Translations under genes and position numbers: made by a program
Notes under the pieces: model-generated
Told to the model about the DNA's origin: nothing
What the model saw: only the letters and a program-made list of their open reading frames with translations
The model's database searches: none
Sequence record: MW735835.1
Length of the DNA: 64,000 bases
Direction: 5' to 3' (one strand)
In this document: one piece after another, positions 1 to 10,680 of the stretch
Layout: every line of letters begins with the position of its first letter
How positions within the stretch are numbered: position 1 is the first letter of the stretch

Positions 1-1329
1 GGTCAACAAGCGGCAGGCGCGGTCATCGACCAAGCTAAGCAGACCATCGCCGATAGCATCAAGAACGGCAAGGAAACCGATTTGGTTCGCTTCACACAAT
101 CTGCGCGTGTGGAGCCCATCCTGCTGATGGACAAGCGTGCGGTCCAGATCCCGTTCATTCAGGACGTGGTCCACACCGTGTTCAACATGTTCACCGGCTA
201 CTGGTTGCTGGCCGTTTCCCTCGACACCAAGATCAACGGCGTCTCCGTTGGTAAGCGTCTCGACAAGTTCGCCACCGACCGCGACCTGAACGATGCCACC
301 CTGACCATGCTCAGTGACGACTTCGGCATTCGTCCGTCCACCGAGTCCCTGGCCTTCGGCCTGCCGTTCATCGACGACATCATTGCTGAACAGGACGCTA
401 CTGCTTCCATGGAAGCCGACAGCGACATCAGCGCTGAAGAGCTGGCCGCCCTGATCGGCAAAGCGCTCGACGAGCGTGAGCAGAAGGACGACAGCGAAGC
501 TCAAAAGACCCTGAACAAGATCACCGACGAGCGTCTGCGTGACAAGCTCAAGCGTGAAATGGACAAGGTCCAGAAAGGTACCGCCAAAGACGCCACCGAG
601 TTGGCCAAGAAAGCCCTCGATGAGTGGAAGCAGGAAAACGCCAAGAACGGCGGCACTGGCGTGACCAACGCTGCCAAGTACGTCGAGAAGATCACCAACC
701 TCGCCGTGGGTAACGTCATTGACGTGACCATCAGCGAAGACGGCAAAGAAGCCGTGGTTCCGGTGACCATCCGTATGCGTGTGGCTGGTATGCCTTCTGA
801 CACCATGGTCCAGACTCTGGCCGTGGGTGGTACTGATGTGACTTTCCGCAGCCGCTGGAGAGCTTGGCGTGCTGGCGAGATCGGTTTCTGGTCTGACTTC
901 GTACTTCAGATGGACCGTGTCGACGCACACCGCGCCGCCATGATGAAGGACGAGACCGGCTACTACAAGACCGTCTACGCCCGTGCCAACCGCAACTCCA
1001 TGGCGCAGAACCTTGCCGGTGGTCCTTCGCTGGCCACTGCTTCGGCTATCCTCGTGCTGGACGCTACCACTGCGACCAACCTGGAACGCCGTATCGGCGG
1101 CAAGCTGGACAACTTCAAGACCCGCCAGGGCATCTTCGGCCACACCTACTCCATGCTGATGGCAGTGGTGGACCCGGACTGGGAATCGATCACCATCTAC
1201 ACCCGCGGCATCGAGATGCCGACCAAGCTGCGTAAGGACGACATCAAGACTGCCGGCAAGTCCGACAGTAAAGAAGTGATGGAAATCCTGAAGTCCTATC
1301 AGCTGGGTCGCGCTCCGGGCCGTATCTGA
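1..1329 (+). CDS. phiKZ-like virion head protein (gp89-like), 5' truncated by window edge
   Basis: Frame open from base 1 (GQQAAGAV...) into ORF 82..1329; strong codon bias; PSTES/ASMEA S-x-E motifs; lies upstream of inner-body paralogs. gp number is inference from synteny. Confidence 0.7.
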   Translation, partial: GQQAAGAVIDQAKQTIADSIKNGKETDLVRFTQSARVEPILLMDKRAVQIPFIQDVVHTVFNMFTGYWLLAVSLDTKINGVSVGKRLDKFATDRDLNDATLTMLSDDFGIRPSTESLAFGLPFIDDIIAEQDATASMEADSDISAEELAALIGKALDEREQKDDSEAQKTLNKITDERLRDKLKREMDKVQKGTAKDATELAKKALDEWKQENAKNGGTGVTNAAKYVEKITNLAVGNVIDVTISEDGKEAVVPVTIRMRVAGMPSDTMVQTLAVGGTDVTFRSRWRAWRAGEIGFWSDFVLQMDRVDAHRAAMMKDETGYYKTVYARANRNSMAQNLAGGPSLATASAILVLDATTATNLERRIGGKLDNFKTRQGIFGHTYSMLMAVVDPDWESITIYTRGIEMPTKLRKDDIKTAGKSDSKEVMEILKSYQLGRAPGRI

Positions 1330-1355
1330 TCACCCCACCCTCAAGGAACCTTGAA

Positions 1356-2240
1356 ATGATCCTCGACTTCCTGCGCCGTCTGGCGGCATCCTTCACCAAG
1401 GATGAGTTGAAAGAAAAGCTTCGTGTGCTGGCGCAAGCCGGCCAGAAGGCCATCGAAACCTACATGAACGCCGAAACCGTGCTGACCTCCTTCAAGTCGA
1501 AGGCCGGTAAGGAGTTCGAGAACGAGATGGGCAAGGCCGTGCGCCTGCCCCCTCGCATGACCCTGGTGGCATACATCCGCCAGGTGCTGACCAACATGTC
1601 GGTGACCCTGGAGCTGCTGGGTGCCATTGCCGAGAAGTCCTACGGCAAAGACATCGTGGTGGAAGGCATCACCTACAAGCGGGCAGAGCTGCTGCGCACC
1701 ATCGGGTACATGGACTTCGTTGTCGCGTATTCGATGCAGCTGCTGCACTACCTGACTGTGGCTGAAGCCTCCGTGGTCTCGAAGGAACATGCTGACGGCC
1801 AAGAGCGTCCGCGCCCTGAGCTTCAGTACCTGAAGATGAACCAGAAAGCCTTCTTCACGCTGCTGCAAACCTTCAGCAAGCCGTCGCGTGAATTGGCAGC
1901 CCTGATCGAGTCCATTCCTGACATCACCGTCGGCGCCGACGATGAGAAGGTGATCGTTCCGCAGGTCGGCTACTCCAAGCTCGACCCGCTGAAGAACAAC
2001 TTCATCCCGGGCGTGTCCTCGACCGCGCTGGCCATCGGCATCTGGTGGGCCACCCTGCAAACGGCGAAGTACGAGCGCCTGAAAGAAGACGCTCGTTCGA
2101 TCCAGCTGCGTCTGGAGCAACTCCGTCTGCAAGCCCAGGGTAAGAGCGACGCTCAACTGGAACGCACCATCGCGACCTACGAGCGTTACCTGAACGACAC
2201 GGCGGAGAAGATCGCCAAGATGGAGGCGAAGTACGCATGA
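1356..2240 (+). CDS. virion head/inner-body protein (gp90-like)
   Basis: 294 aa, AAGGA RBS, C-terminal coiled coil; assignment from synteny. Confidence 0.6.
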   Translation: MILDFLRRLAASFTKDELKEKLRVLAQAGQKAIETYMNAETVLTSFKSKAGKEFENEMGKAVRLPPRMTLVAYIRQVLTNMSVTLELLGAIAEKSYGKDIVVEGITYKRAELLRTIGYMDFVVAYSMQLLHYLTVAEASVVSKEHADGQERPRPELQYLKMNQKAFFTLLQTFSKPSRELAALIESIPDITVGADDEKVIVPQVGYSKLDPLKNNFIPGVSSTALAIGIWWATLQTAKYERLKEDARSIQLRLEQLRLQAQGKSDAQLERTIATYERYLNDTAEKIAKMEAKYA

Positions 2241-2764
2241 GTCAGATCAAAACTCATCGCGGCTTCACTCTGTCCACTGACCCGAACGCTGCTCGTGGTT
2301 ATATTGACCTCCCTCTGGTGGATACGCTGTACCATCATATGGAGACCAAGACCAACTTCGAGCACGACTACGGTTATGTGCAAGATGTGCTGAAAGCCGC
2401 ACGTCAGATCCTCTTCACCGCCGATGGCCGGTTCATTCTGGCCAACCAAGTGAAGGTCCCGTGCTCCCACTGGGTTCTGCACTACACCCTGTCTACTCTG
2501 GCTTTCATCGCCGGGAAAGACCGCCAGCTCTCGCTCGAGAACTACCGTGACCTGCTCGTGTTCCATCCCAAGGACATCGTAGCGGCTGACCACGGTAAGC
2601 TCATCCGTGAACTCGACCTCGGTTGGTTCTTCGGCGCATCGGCTGGCGATATCCTTTCCTGCTGGTTGGCCCGTGAAGATGGCCTCACCGATCTGGTGCA
2701 ATCCCTGCATTTGATCGGCGGCAGCCTGCCTCCTGGCTGGCACGAACACACCGATGCGGCCTAG
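2237..2764 (+). CDS. hypothetical protein
   Basis: 175 aa, ATGA overlap with upstream gene. Confidence 0.75.
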   Translation: MSQIKTHRGFTLSTDPNAARGYIDLPLVDTLYHHMETKTNFEHDYGYVQDVLKAARQILFTADGRFILANQVKVPCSHWVLHYTLSTLAFIAGKDRQLSLENYRDLLVFHPKDIVAADHGKLIRELDLGWFFGASAGDILSCWLAREDGLTDLVQSLHLIGGSLPPGWHEHTDAA

Positions 2765-2874
2765 TGCCGCGTCGTTGTCAAAAGGCACCTATTGTGTGCA
2801 GGGATGTGGAACTGTCCTAGGTTCAGCCTGCATCCCGTTCCTTCTGTTTGCAAACACAACGGAGTTTTACACTC

Positions 2875-4104
2875 ATGCGTAGCTCGATTCTCTCTCAAGC
2901 TCTGAACGTCTCCATGGAGAACGATGACATCGTCGTCGAGAACCAGGAGATCAACCCGGTGACCGAAGAAACCACCGTTCAGGTGGACGAAGTCCTGGAA
3001 GAAGTGCGTGACGCCGGCGCCGTTGCCGACGAGCACGAAGAAGTGGTCGAAGAGCTGGACCAGGCTGCTGACAGCCTCGAGAGCCTGATCACCTCCCTGG
3101 AAAGCGCCATCGCCGACGGCGGCATGAGCCCGCAAGCCGCTGACGTCCACAGCCGCGCCCTGGCCATCGCCACCCGTCGCCTGCCGATCAACGCCAGCGA
3201 CTACACCGTTTCCACCGAATCCTTCGGCGGTACCGGCGACAAGCTGCAAGCCTCCATGGAAGCCCTCGAAGGCGCCAAGGAACTGCTGTCCAAGATCTGG
3301 AACGGCATCAAAACCGCCGTGCAGAACGCCTGGAAAGCAGTCGTCAACTTCGTCAGCACCATCGGCAAGTCGAGCGAAGCCCTGCGCCGCGCTGGCAAGC
3401 TGCTGATCGCCCAGGCCAACGGTGCCAAGGGCAACGCTGCTGGCAAGAAAGTCGACGGCACTGCCGTTGCCAAGCTGCTGCACAAGAACGGCGAAATGCC
3501 GTCCGGTTCGAGCGTCGGCGGCCTGCTGGCCACCATCGTTTCCAACGGCGGTGCCGTGGTTACCTCCGCCAAGGTTGCTCAGACCGAGCTGACCAAGCTG
3601 TCCGGCGCCATCGCCGCTGGCCGCACCACCACCGAAGAGCAGCAGGCTGGCTACGACGCCATCATCAACGCTCTGCCGAAGGGTGAGCTGCCTGGTGGCC
3701 GCGTGATCGAAGTCCAGGACTCCGGCATGCCGAAGCTGGTCCAGAAGGTCAACCTGAAGTCCGACAGCGTCGAGCTGGACGTTCCGTCCGTGAACGACAT
3801 CAAGTCGATCGGCCAAGGCATCATCAAGATCGCCGACTTCATCGCCGACTACGACAAGAAGTACTTCAAGGGCCTGGAGAAGTCCATCAACGACTTCGTC
3901 TCCAAGCAGGATCAGCTGATCAAGCGCATGGAGCTGGAAAAGGCCGAGACCAAGAAAGTCCGCGGCGAACTGGCCGGCTTCAAGAAGATCTCCTCGATCG
4001 CTCGCGCCGTCGGCCCGGACTACCTGTCCTACGCCGCCAACGCTGCCAAGGCCTCCTTCAACTTCGGTAAGAAGAGCCTGGCCCAGTACGCTGCTGCCAA
4101 GTGA
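2875..4104 (+). CDS. phiKZ internal head (inner body) protein family, paralog 1
   Basis: Start moved to ATG 2875 (GGAG at 2861). Acidic propeptide with VSMEN, VSTES, ASMEA motifs, then LKELLSKIWNGIK-type helix. Confidence 0.8.
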   Translation: MRSSILSQALNVSMENDDIVVENQEINPVTEETTVQVDEVLEEVRDAGAVADEHEEVVEELDQAADSLESLITSLESAIADGGMSPQAADVHSRALAIATRRLPINASDYTVSTESFGGTGDKLQASMEALEGAKELLSKIWNGIKTAVQNAWKAVVNFVSTIGKSSEALRRAGKLLIAQANGAKGNAAGKKVDGTAVAKLLHKNGEMPSGSSVGGLLATIVSNGGAVVTSAKVAQTELTKLSGAIAAGRTTTEEQQAGYDAIINALPKGELPGGRVIEVQDSGMPKLVQKVNLKSDSVELDVPSVNDIKSIGQGIIKIADFIADYDKKYFKGLEKSINDFVSKQDQLIKRMELEKAETKKVRGELAGFKKISSIARAVGPDYLSYAANAAKASFNFGKKSLAQYAAAK

Positions 4105-4138
4105 TCAACTGATCGCTGAGCGTCAAGCGTGCTGACCG

Positions 4139-4177
4139 GATACCCGCCTGGCTTCGGCTGGGCGGGTGTCTTTTATT
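4139..4177 (+). terminator. intrinsic terminator
   Basis: 14-bp stem with G-U pairs, TTCG loop, TTTTATT tail. Confidence 0.85.
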
Positions 4178-4233
4178 CCGTTTGAACGAATTCTATGGTG
4201 AATTGTCCACTCCATCTCTGAAGAGCATCTGTC

Positions 4234-5499
4234 ATGTCTGATGAAGCCCTGCCTGAAATCCCAGGCAATGAGAGCGAGGGGTTCGTTGAAGTCCTGGAAG
4301 CTGAGCGCGAGCTGTCCAATGCCAAAGTACAACTCGAATCGCTGCTCAACGCCACTGACGCACTGGAGTCCTTGATCTCGCATCTGGACACCAATGACGT
4401 CGTCTCTGATGGTCACCGCGCCGCGGTCACTGTCAGCTTCGAGAACCTGCTCGGCAATACCGGTCTGGGTGTCAACGATATCCTGCCTGCGTTGCAAGCC
4501 CATGAGTACGGCACCGTCTCCACTGAATCGCTCAAGGATCGCCTGAAGGAGATCTGGAAGCGCTTGGTGGCGGGCATCCTGTCCGTGCTGCGTTTCCTGA
4601 AGACCTTCTGGAAATCCATCGCTACCTATCGTGGTCGTCTGCGTATCACGGCTAACCAGCTGGCTAAGCTCGGCACTGTGGCCCGTTACGCCACTGTCAA
4701 GCAGCCGCAGGTCGATCTGGGTATCGAGATCAAATCCCTCGTGCTGGGCGGTAGCGTCGTCTCCGATCCAGACGCCCTGATCCGTTCCATCTCCAACGCC
4801 CTGGACCAATACCGTGTCGTCACTGACATGTACACCTCCGGCATGTTGGAAGTCGGCAAGCAGTTCGAACGTGCGCTGACTGACGGCGGTTCGGGTTCCG
4901 ATAAGCTGGCGCAGGTCTGCGGTATCTTCACCCAGATGCCTGTCGATGCCATTGCGTCCAAGTTGTCGGCCATGGTGTACCGTGATCCGCGCTTCGGTCG
5001 TCGTCTTACCCTGACTGCTCCACCGATCATCGGTGGCTGGTCCCTGTTCTTCCTGACCCTGGAACAAGAGCAACGCAACGCTGGCGCCACTGACCTGCTC
5101 GGTTACGCCCAAGCCATCCGTACCACGGGTGTGCGCTTCGCTCTGACCAACGTCAACGTGAGTAACATCACGTCGGGCGCGGTCAAGACCGCCAATGGCC
5201 AGCAAGTCTCGGTCATGGCCAAGCGGGTCATCGAGATCCTCGACTGCATCGATGCCCAAGAACGTGCTGTCGGTGTCAACCGCATTGAAGCCCAGATCAA
5301 GAACGTCCTCCGGGCAGGCGAGCGCTATCAGGCGAACGCCATCTCCAATGACGGTTCTGGTGCTGACGAAAGTGTCCTGCGCTTCGTGCGCAACTACGCC
5401 AGCTGGGCAATCGGTCCGGTGGATCAAATGACCACCAACCTGCTCACGGTATCCCGCAACCTGTTGGTCTACGGTCGCAAATCTCTGAACGCCCGTTAA
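4234..5499 (+). CDS. internal head protein family, paralog 2
   Basis: VSFEN and VSTES motifs followed by LKDRLKEIWKRL helix; N-region alignable to paralog 1. Confidence 0.75.
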   Translation: MSDEALPEIPGNESEGFVEVLEAERELSNAKVQLESLLNATDALESLISHLDTNDVVSDGHRAAVTVSFENLLGNTGLGVNDILPALQAHEYGTVSTESLKDRLKEIWKRLVAGILSVLRFLKTFWKSIATYRGRLRITANQLAKLGTVARYATVKQPQVDLGIEIKSLVLGGSVVSDPDALIRSISNALDQYRVVTDMYTSGMLEVGKQFERALTDGGSGSDKLAQVCGIFTQMPVDAIASKLSAMVYRDPRFGRRLTLTAPPIIGGWSLFFLTLEQEQRNAGATDLLGYAQAIRTTGVRFALTNVNVSNITSGAVKTANGQQVSVMAKRVIEILDCIDAQERAVGVNRIEAQIKNVLRAGERYQANAISNDGSGADESVLRFVRNYASWAIGPVDQMTTNLLTVSRNLLVYGRKSLNAR

Positions 5500-5510
5500 A
5501 GGATGGTTCC

Positions 5511-6941
5511 ATGAAACCCAGTCTCGAATCCCTGCTCGCCGATTCCCTCGGTGAGGTACAAGCCATTGCTGCCAAGACCGCTGGTACTGGCAACGCTGGC
5601 GATCTCGAACAACCCGGCCCCACCGAAAGCCTGGACCTGATCACTGCCGATCAGATTCAAGCCGAAGTCACCGAGCACCTGAAGGACGAGCGCTACAACG
5701 ATGGTGACATCCTGCGTGACGTCGAAAACGAGTTCTTCCTCGCCAACGAAGAAGAGCACGCTGCGATGCGTAAAGAGATCGCAGAAGTCCGTGAGATGGT
5801 CGGTGCTGTGTCGTCTTCGATGGAAATGCTCAGCGTCATCGCGTCGATGGAAAACGTCGACAGCACCGCGGTGATCACGGCGAACACCGCCATGGCCAAC
5901 ATCGCCAGTCAGTACGGCGAAGAGATGCCTCCGGTCCTCGTGGCCGAAGACGGTGCGTTCACCACGGCGTCGATGGAAGGCATGGTCGACTTCGTCAAGA
6001 ACATCCTGGTCAAGATGAAGAAATGGATCAAGGAGAAGTTCGAGAACATGGCGGTCAACTCCCGCCGTACCAACTTCTACCGCGGCACTCTGGTCAAGCG
6101 TGTGCAAGCCCTGCAAGCCCGTCTCGACGGCCTGCCGGAAGACTACGGTATCCCTGCCAAGCCCGTGCGCTACGACCCGCGTTACCTGGTGCAGATGTAC
6201 AAGGACGGTCAGGCGATTCCGTTCACTGCGGCTGCCTTGGGCGCCGTCTGCGGCGAGATCATCTCCCTCATGGAGAAGGCCGTCAAAGACGTCCACGTCG
6301 ACGCCTGCAAGCGTTCTGACGCCATTGGTGAAGTCATCGCTGCTATCCTCGTCACCCGCGACGAGATCGCTGCGGAAGAGCAGATGAAGAAGCTGTTCAA
6401 GGACATCACTGGTCCGTGGCCGACCCTGGGCATGGTCAAGCCTGGCAGCGAGCTGATGGGTATCACCTGGGGAACGCCGGGTGAAGGCTATCGCAGCCGT
6501 TACCGTGATGCCGAATGGATCATGGAACTGGTCGAGATGATCGAGATCAACCAGCTGCCGGTCAAGGTACGCCGTTCGGGCTCCTACCAGGTCAACATGC
6601 TCGACATCAACGCCATGCGTGAGATCCTCGACGTGGTTGTCAACATGATGGAAAACCCCGTCACCGAAGATCACAGCTACTACGAGGAACTGTCTGGTTC
6701 CTGGATGGAAGCCAACAAGGTGTGGGAACGTCTGTGGACCATGGTCACCACCATGGAGTTCAACCAGATGAACAATGAGTTGTGGCGCGCCTTCGACATC
6801 GCGACCACCGCCATGTTCAACCTGCTGGACAAGGCGTACTACCAGATCGAAGATCTGCGTAACCCGTACTTCCGCATGCTGTCCGGTTCGCTGTATATCA
6901 TGGAAGAACAGGCCAAGGCCTACGTGGCGGTCAACCGCTGA
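5511..6941 (+). CDS. internal head protein family, paralog 3
   Basis: SSMEM, ASMEN, ASMEG motifs followed by MVDFVKNILVKMKKWIKE helix. Confidence 0.75.
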   Translation: MKPSLESLLADSLGEVQAIAAKTAGTGNAGDLEQPGPTESLDLITADQIQAEVTEHLKDERYNDGDILRDVENEFFLANEEEHAAMRKEIAEVREMVGAVSSSMEMLSVIASMENVDSTAVITANTAMANIASQYGEEMPPVLVAEDGAFTTASMEGMVDFVKNILVKMKKWIKEKFENMAVNSRRTNFYRGTLVKRVQALQARLDGLPEDYGIPAKPVRYDPRYLVQMYKDGQAIPFTAAALGAVCGEIISLMEKAVKDVHVDACKRSDAIGEVIAAILVTRDEIAAEEQMKKLFKDITGPWPTLGMVKPGSELMGITWGTPGEGYRSRYRDAEWIMELVEMIEINQLPVKVRRSGSYQVNMLDINAMREILDVVVNMMENPVTEDHSYYEELSGSWMEANKVWERLWTMVTTMEFNQMNNELWRAFDIATTAMFNLLDKAYYQIEDLRNPYFRMLSGSLYIMEEQAKAYVAVNR

Positions 6942-6947
6942 TCCAAA

Positions 6948-6980
6948 CATAGAGGAGGGGTTCGCCCCTCCTCTATGCCG
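6948..6980 (+). terminator. hairpin with TATGCCG tail
   Basis: Perfect 13-bp stem CATAGAGGAGGGG/CCCCTCCTCTATG, TTCG loop, no U-tract. Confidence 0.7.
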
Positions 6981-7025
6981 AATCGACTGATTTTATGACA
7001 AAGATCATCCACCCGGGGAATCCCC

Positions 7026-8684
7026 ATGCCTAACCTTCTTATCCCTCTGCCGAACACGCACGACACGGTCACACGCCGTGTAGCGAAGAGCGTGATCGAC
7101 AACGTGATCCGTATTGCACGGATGGACGTAGAACGCGTTGAGATCCGTGGAGAGAGCCAACAGGCTGCCCAGCCCGGTACTGAACTGGGCGACACCAAAC
7201 TCTTCAACCGGTTCCAACATGATGGACGTGTGATTGTCACCTTGCGTGAGACCTACGTGGAATCCGAGGTGATCAACGCTGAAGTCCGTCATCCGTACGC
7301 ACAACCTATTTTTGCCGACCCCATGCTCGGTATCCACATCAAGCCCATCTACAGCAACACCGAGATGGAGCTGAACTTCACCTACCGGGCGAAGTCCAAG
7401 TCGGAAGCCAACGTCTGGCGTGACGACATCAAAGTGCGCATGGCAGACAACCGTCAGTCGCACCTGCATGAAGCCGACTACTTTTTTGCCGTCCCGAACT
7501 TCTGCTCGGAACTGCTGATCCACATGCACGAGCTGCGCGAGAAACAAGCCGGCTATGGTGAATCCCTGGGCGAGTACCTCCAGCGCTATTACACCAAACG
7601 TGCTCGTGTGCTGACCAACCAATCGGGTAACGACAAAGTCTCCCTGCTGACCATCGCAGAGAAACAGCTCGGCATCCAAGGCTGGTTCGACTTCGATACG
7701 CCCATCGAGGAAGAGAAGCAGGAAGACGGCCCCAGCTACCTCATTCAGTTCAACTACAAGTTTAGCTACTTGAAGCCTGTGGAACTGAACGTGCTCTACC
7801 CGCAAGTGGTGCACAACCAGCTGATCAGTCCTGATTACCTGGTGGTCAAGCCAAAAGAAGAAGACCCGATGCGTCTGCCGACGTACAAGAGTGATTACCG
7901 CTTTGCATTGGATCACTTCGACTACTTGGCCCGCATTCCGAGAAAGCCCATTGGAGGCATTCACATCCCGGATTACGACGAGTGGATTCCCAAAGGCGTC
8001 ACGCCTTACACCACGTCGCTGATCAACTGGATGGTGGTCTTTGAGGCCAAGGACATGAACCTCTGCTTCAACCAAGAGGACGTCCTGAACACCGGCTTCT
8101 TGCCAGAGTTCATCGAGTGGATGCGCGGTGAAGGCAACAAGATGGTGAAGCAGGGCCAGAGTCCTATTCACTTCTGCCTGTACCGTGATGACCAGTACAT
8201 CGTCGACGGTGATCTGGAAATCGTGGTCACTGATCAAGCCTTCGAGATCCGGACCAAGACCCCGTGTGACCTGCGCCAGCGGTACCACCTGCGCATGGGC
8301 TTCTGCACGGAGTTGGGCAAGTACACCGAAGAGGCCCTGATGGCCATGCACGTGAACGGCATGAACACCCTGCGACTGTTCCAATCGGTGTTGAACCGCC
8401 TGGACGTCGAGGATGCTCAGGCTAACCACATGACGCCAGACGGCAAGCTGTCCATCTCGTACATCAAGCGCTTCTTCGGCTTCCTCCGTGATCAACGCAT
8501 CGGCTCCGAGAACATCACGCAGCCTGATGGCAACAACCAGAACAACCGGTACCCCAGCGACAGCTGGTTCGAAAACGACGACAACTTCGGTTTCCGCATG
8601 GATGTTCCGTACGTCATGCAATTGACGATCCTCGCCGGCAACCGTAACAGGGTGAACGCAGATGCCAGTTCCACAGCTTCCTAA
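7026..8684 (+). CDS. virion structural protein (phiKZ-like)
   Basis: 552 aa downstream of TATG at 6994; structural-module context. Confidence 0.65.
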   Translation: MPNLLIPLPNTHDTVTRRVAKSVIDNVIRIARMDVERVEIRGESQQAAQPGTELGDTKLFNRFQHDGRVIVTLRETYVESEVINAEVRHPYAQPIFADPMLGIHIKPIYSNTEMELNFTYRAKSKSEANVWRDDIKVRMADNRQSHLHEADYFFAVPNFCSELLIHMHELREKQAGYGESLGEYLQRYYTKRARVLTNQSGNDKVSLLTIAEKQLGIQGWFDFDTPIEEEKQEDGPSYLIQFNYKFSYLKPVELNVLYPQVVHNQLISPDYLVVKPKEEDPMRLPTYKSDYRFALDHFDYLARIPRKPIGGIHIPDYDEWIPKGVTPYTTSLINWMVVFEAKDMNLCFNQEDVLNTGFLPEFIEWMRGEGNKMVKQGQSPIHFCLYRDDQYIVDGDLEIVVTDQAFEIRTKTPCDLRQRYHLRMGFCTELGKYTEEALMAMHVNGMNTLRLFQSVLNRLDVEDAQANHMTPDGKLSISYIKRFFGFLRDQRIGSENITQPDGNNQNNRYPSDSWFENDDNFGFRMDVPYVMQLTILAGNRNRVNADASSTAS

Positions 8685-10065
8685 TATCGACACGGTGCAA
8701 CAGAAGCCAGTCGTCGAACCGGTCAAAGTGCAGCCCAAGGAATACCAGGGTGCCACTGTTGATACCCACGAGGTCAAGTTCGACCAACTGCTGACCTACA
8801 TCGCCGGTCAAGCCTGGCACGTCAACTACCTCCCGATCGTTCGTGGTCGGGACGACGATGTCCGTCCTCTGGAGCCGGGTGTTCACCCGGTATTCCAACA
8901 GTACAAGCTCATCAAGGGCATGGAACTGAAAGTCACCAGTCCGCTGCAACCTTCGCAGATCGGTGACACCAAGGACATGACGCTGAAGGGCTCTGCGAAC
9001 GTCTACGGCGTCGTTATCCCCAACGTCGGTGACATTATCGTGGGTGACGTCGGCGACGGCCGTGAGGGGCTCTTTGGGGTCACCTCGTCGAACCGACTGA
9101 CGCACTACACCGCCACCGTGCATGAGATCGAGTACAGCCTCATCCGTCTGATGGATCAGGCCCTGGCCGATCAACTGTACGGGCAGAATGTGGTCGAGAC
9201 CCTGGTCTTCCACAAGGACTTCCTCGACACCGGGAACGATCCGCTGATCTCCGAAGAGGAGACCCTGCTGGTCAACAACCTCAAGGAACACTACGAGCGC
9301 CTGATCGCCTTGTACTTCCATGACTTTTATTCCCGGGACCGCAAATCTCTATTGGTACCCAACCAGCCGCGAGTGACGTACGATCCCTTCCTCGTGCGTT
9401 ACATCAAGACCATCCTGACCACGGATGATCACCCGCTCATGCGTCATATCACCGAGTTCAACGTACAAGGTGACCAGACGATGTACGAGTTCACCTTCTG
9501 GAACTGCCTGGAGACCATGGATCACGCAATGCTGACCATGAGTGTCCACCAAGCTGGCATCGTCGATGTCAAGCAGTTCTGGAACGGACGACCCACCATG
9601 AACAGTATCTACTATTCGGGTGTGGAAGCCGTGGTCTATCCCGACCTGTCCCCCACCAATGTGGACGCCGGTTATAACAACTGCCATTTTGATCCGGTCC
9701 TGACCGATCTGGTGCGCGGCGCAGCCCGCTTCCGTGAGCTGAACCGGTTGTTCCGTGACGACCTGGACCTCGATCCGACGCTGGAGATCTACGAAGCCGT
9801 CTCTCCGGAGCGTGCTGCACAGATCAAGCGGGTCACGGTGGACGATTACTACGTGCTGAGCAAGGACTTCTACCTCCACAAGCCCGACGTCAAGTTGAGC
9901 AAGCTGGAAGCGCTGACGATGGCTGCCATGAAAGGCGAAGCCATTGACATCCGCACCCTGGACTTCCTCTGCACCAATGCGATCAAATGGGATAACGTCG
10001 AGCGGTTCTACTACTTCCCAATTCTGTTCACGCTGCTCCGCGTGTACAAAAGGAGAATCAAGTGA
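8662..10065 (+). CDS. virion structural protein (phiKZ-like)
   Basis: 467 aa, overlaps upstream gene by 23 nt; codon bias. Confidence 0.65.
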   Translation: MPVPQLPNIDTVQQKPVVEPVKVQPKEYQGATVDTHEVKFDQLLTYIAGQAWHVNYLPIVRGRDDDVRPLEPGVHPVFQQYKLIKGMELKVTSPLQPSQIGDTKDMTLKGSANVYGVVIPNVGDIIVGDVGDGREGLFGVTSSNRLTHYTATVHEIEYSLIRLMDQALADQLYGQNVVETLVFHKDFLDTGNDPLISEEETLLVNNLKEHYERLIALYFHDFYSRDRKSLLVPNQPRVTYDPFLVRYIKTILTTDDHPLMRHITEFNVQGDQTMYEFTFWNCLETMDHAMLTMSVHQAGIVDVKQFWNGRPTMNSIYYSGVEAVVYPDLSPTNVDAGYNNCHFDPVLTDLVRGAARFRELNRLFRDDLDLDPTLEIYEAVSPERAAQIKRVTVDDYYVLSKDFYLHKPDVKLSKLEALTMAAMKGEAIDIRTLDFLCTNAIKWDNVERFYYFPILFTLLRVYKRRIK

Positions 10066-10661
10066 GTAATCCCCGCTACCCCAACCTGGACTTGAAGAGC
10101 ATCGACTCTGTTCGAGAGCACATCTTCAAGGACACTTACACCTACGCCATTCCCGGCTATTTCCGGTACTCGAAAGAGTACAACCAGATCGTCGGGCACT
10201 TGAGCACGGGGTCGAAGCAGGGCGACGCCAACGCGATGGCCGAATACGTCAACATCGGTGGCACCATCGCCGACATCCTGAAGCTGTACGAGAAGGGATG
10301 TGACGTCAAGTTCGAGCACCGTGAAGATATCGTGACGGTTTACGAGGCATTGCTGGCCCACATCAACAACTGGGCCAACTACATCCGTCGTGACCCGAAC
10401 GTCAAGGATGCCCCGCTGAACTCCCTGTACTTGATGAGCGATTTCTGCACCACCATCAAGGCCCAGGTGATGGGCTTCAAGCCCAACGTGGAAGATGTCC
10501 CGCACCTCAAGCGGGTTTCCAGCCTGTTCGGCGGTGTCGTGGGCGCGGAAGAGCTGTTCAACGTCTCCGGTGTGGGCACCACGGTCGAAGAAACTGCTCC
10601 GACCATGAACCGTATCGAGAAAATGCTGGCAGAGCGTAAGAAAGACCAGCAAAAGCGGTAA
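10062..10661 (+). CDS. hypothetical protein
   Basis: 199 aa, GTGA overlap. Confidence 0.75.
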   Translation: MSNPRYPNLDLKSIDSVREHIFKDTYTYAIPGYFRYSKEYNQIVGHLSTGSKQGDANAMAEYVNIGGTIADILKLYEKGCDVKFEHREDIVTVYEALLAHINNWANYIRRDPNVKDAPLNSLYLMSDFCTTIKAQVMGFKPNVEDVPHLKRVSSLFGGVVGAEELFNVSGVGTTVEETAPTMNRIEKMLAERKKDQQKR

Positions 10662-10680
10662 ATTCGACTGAGGGCGTCAC

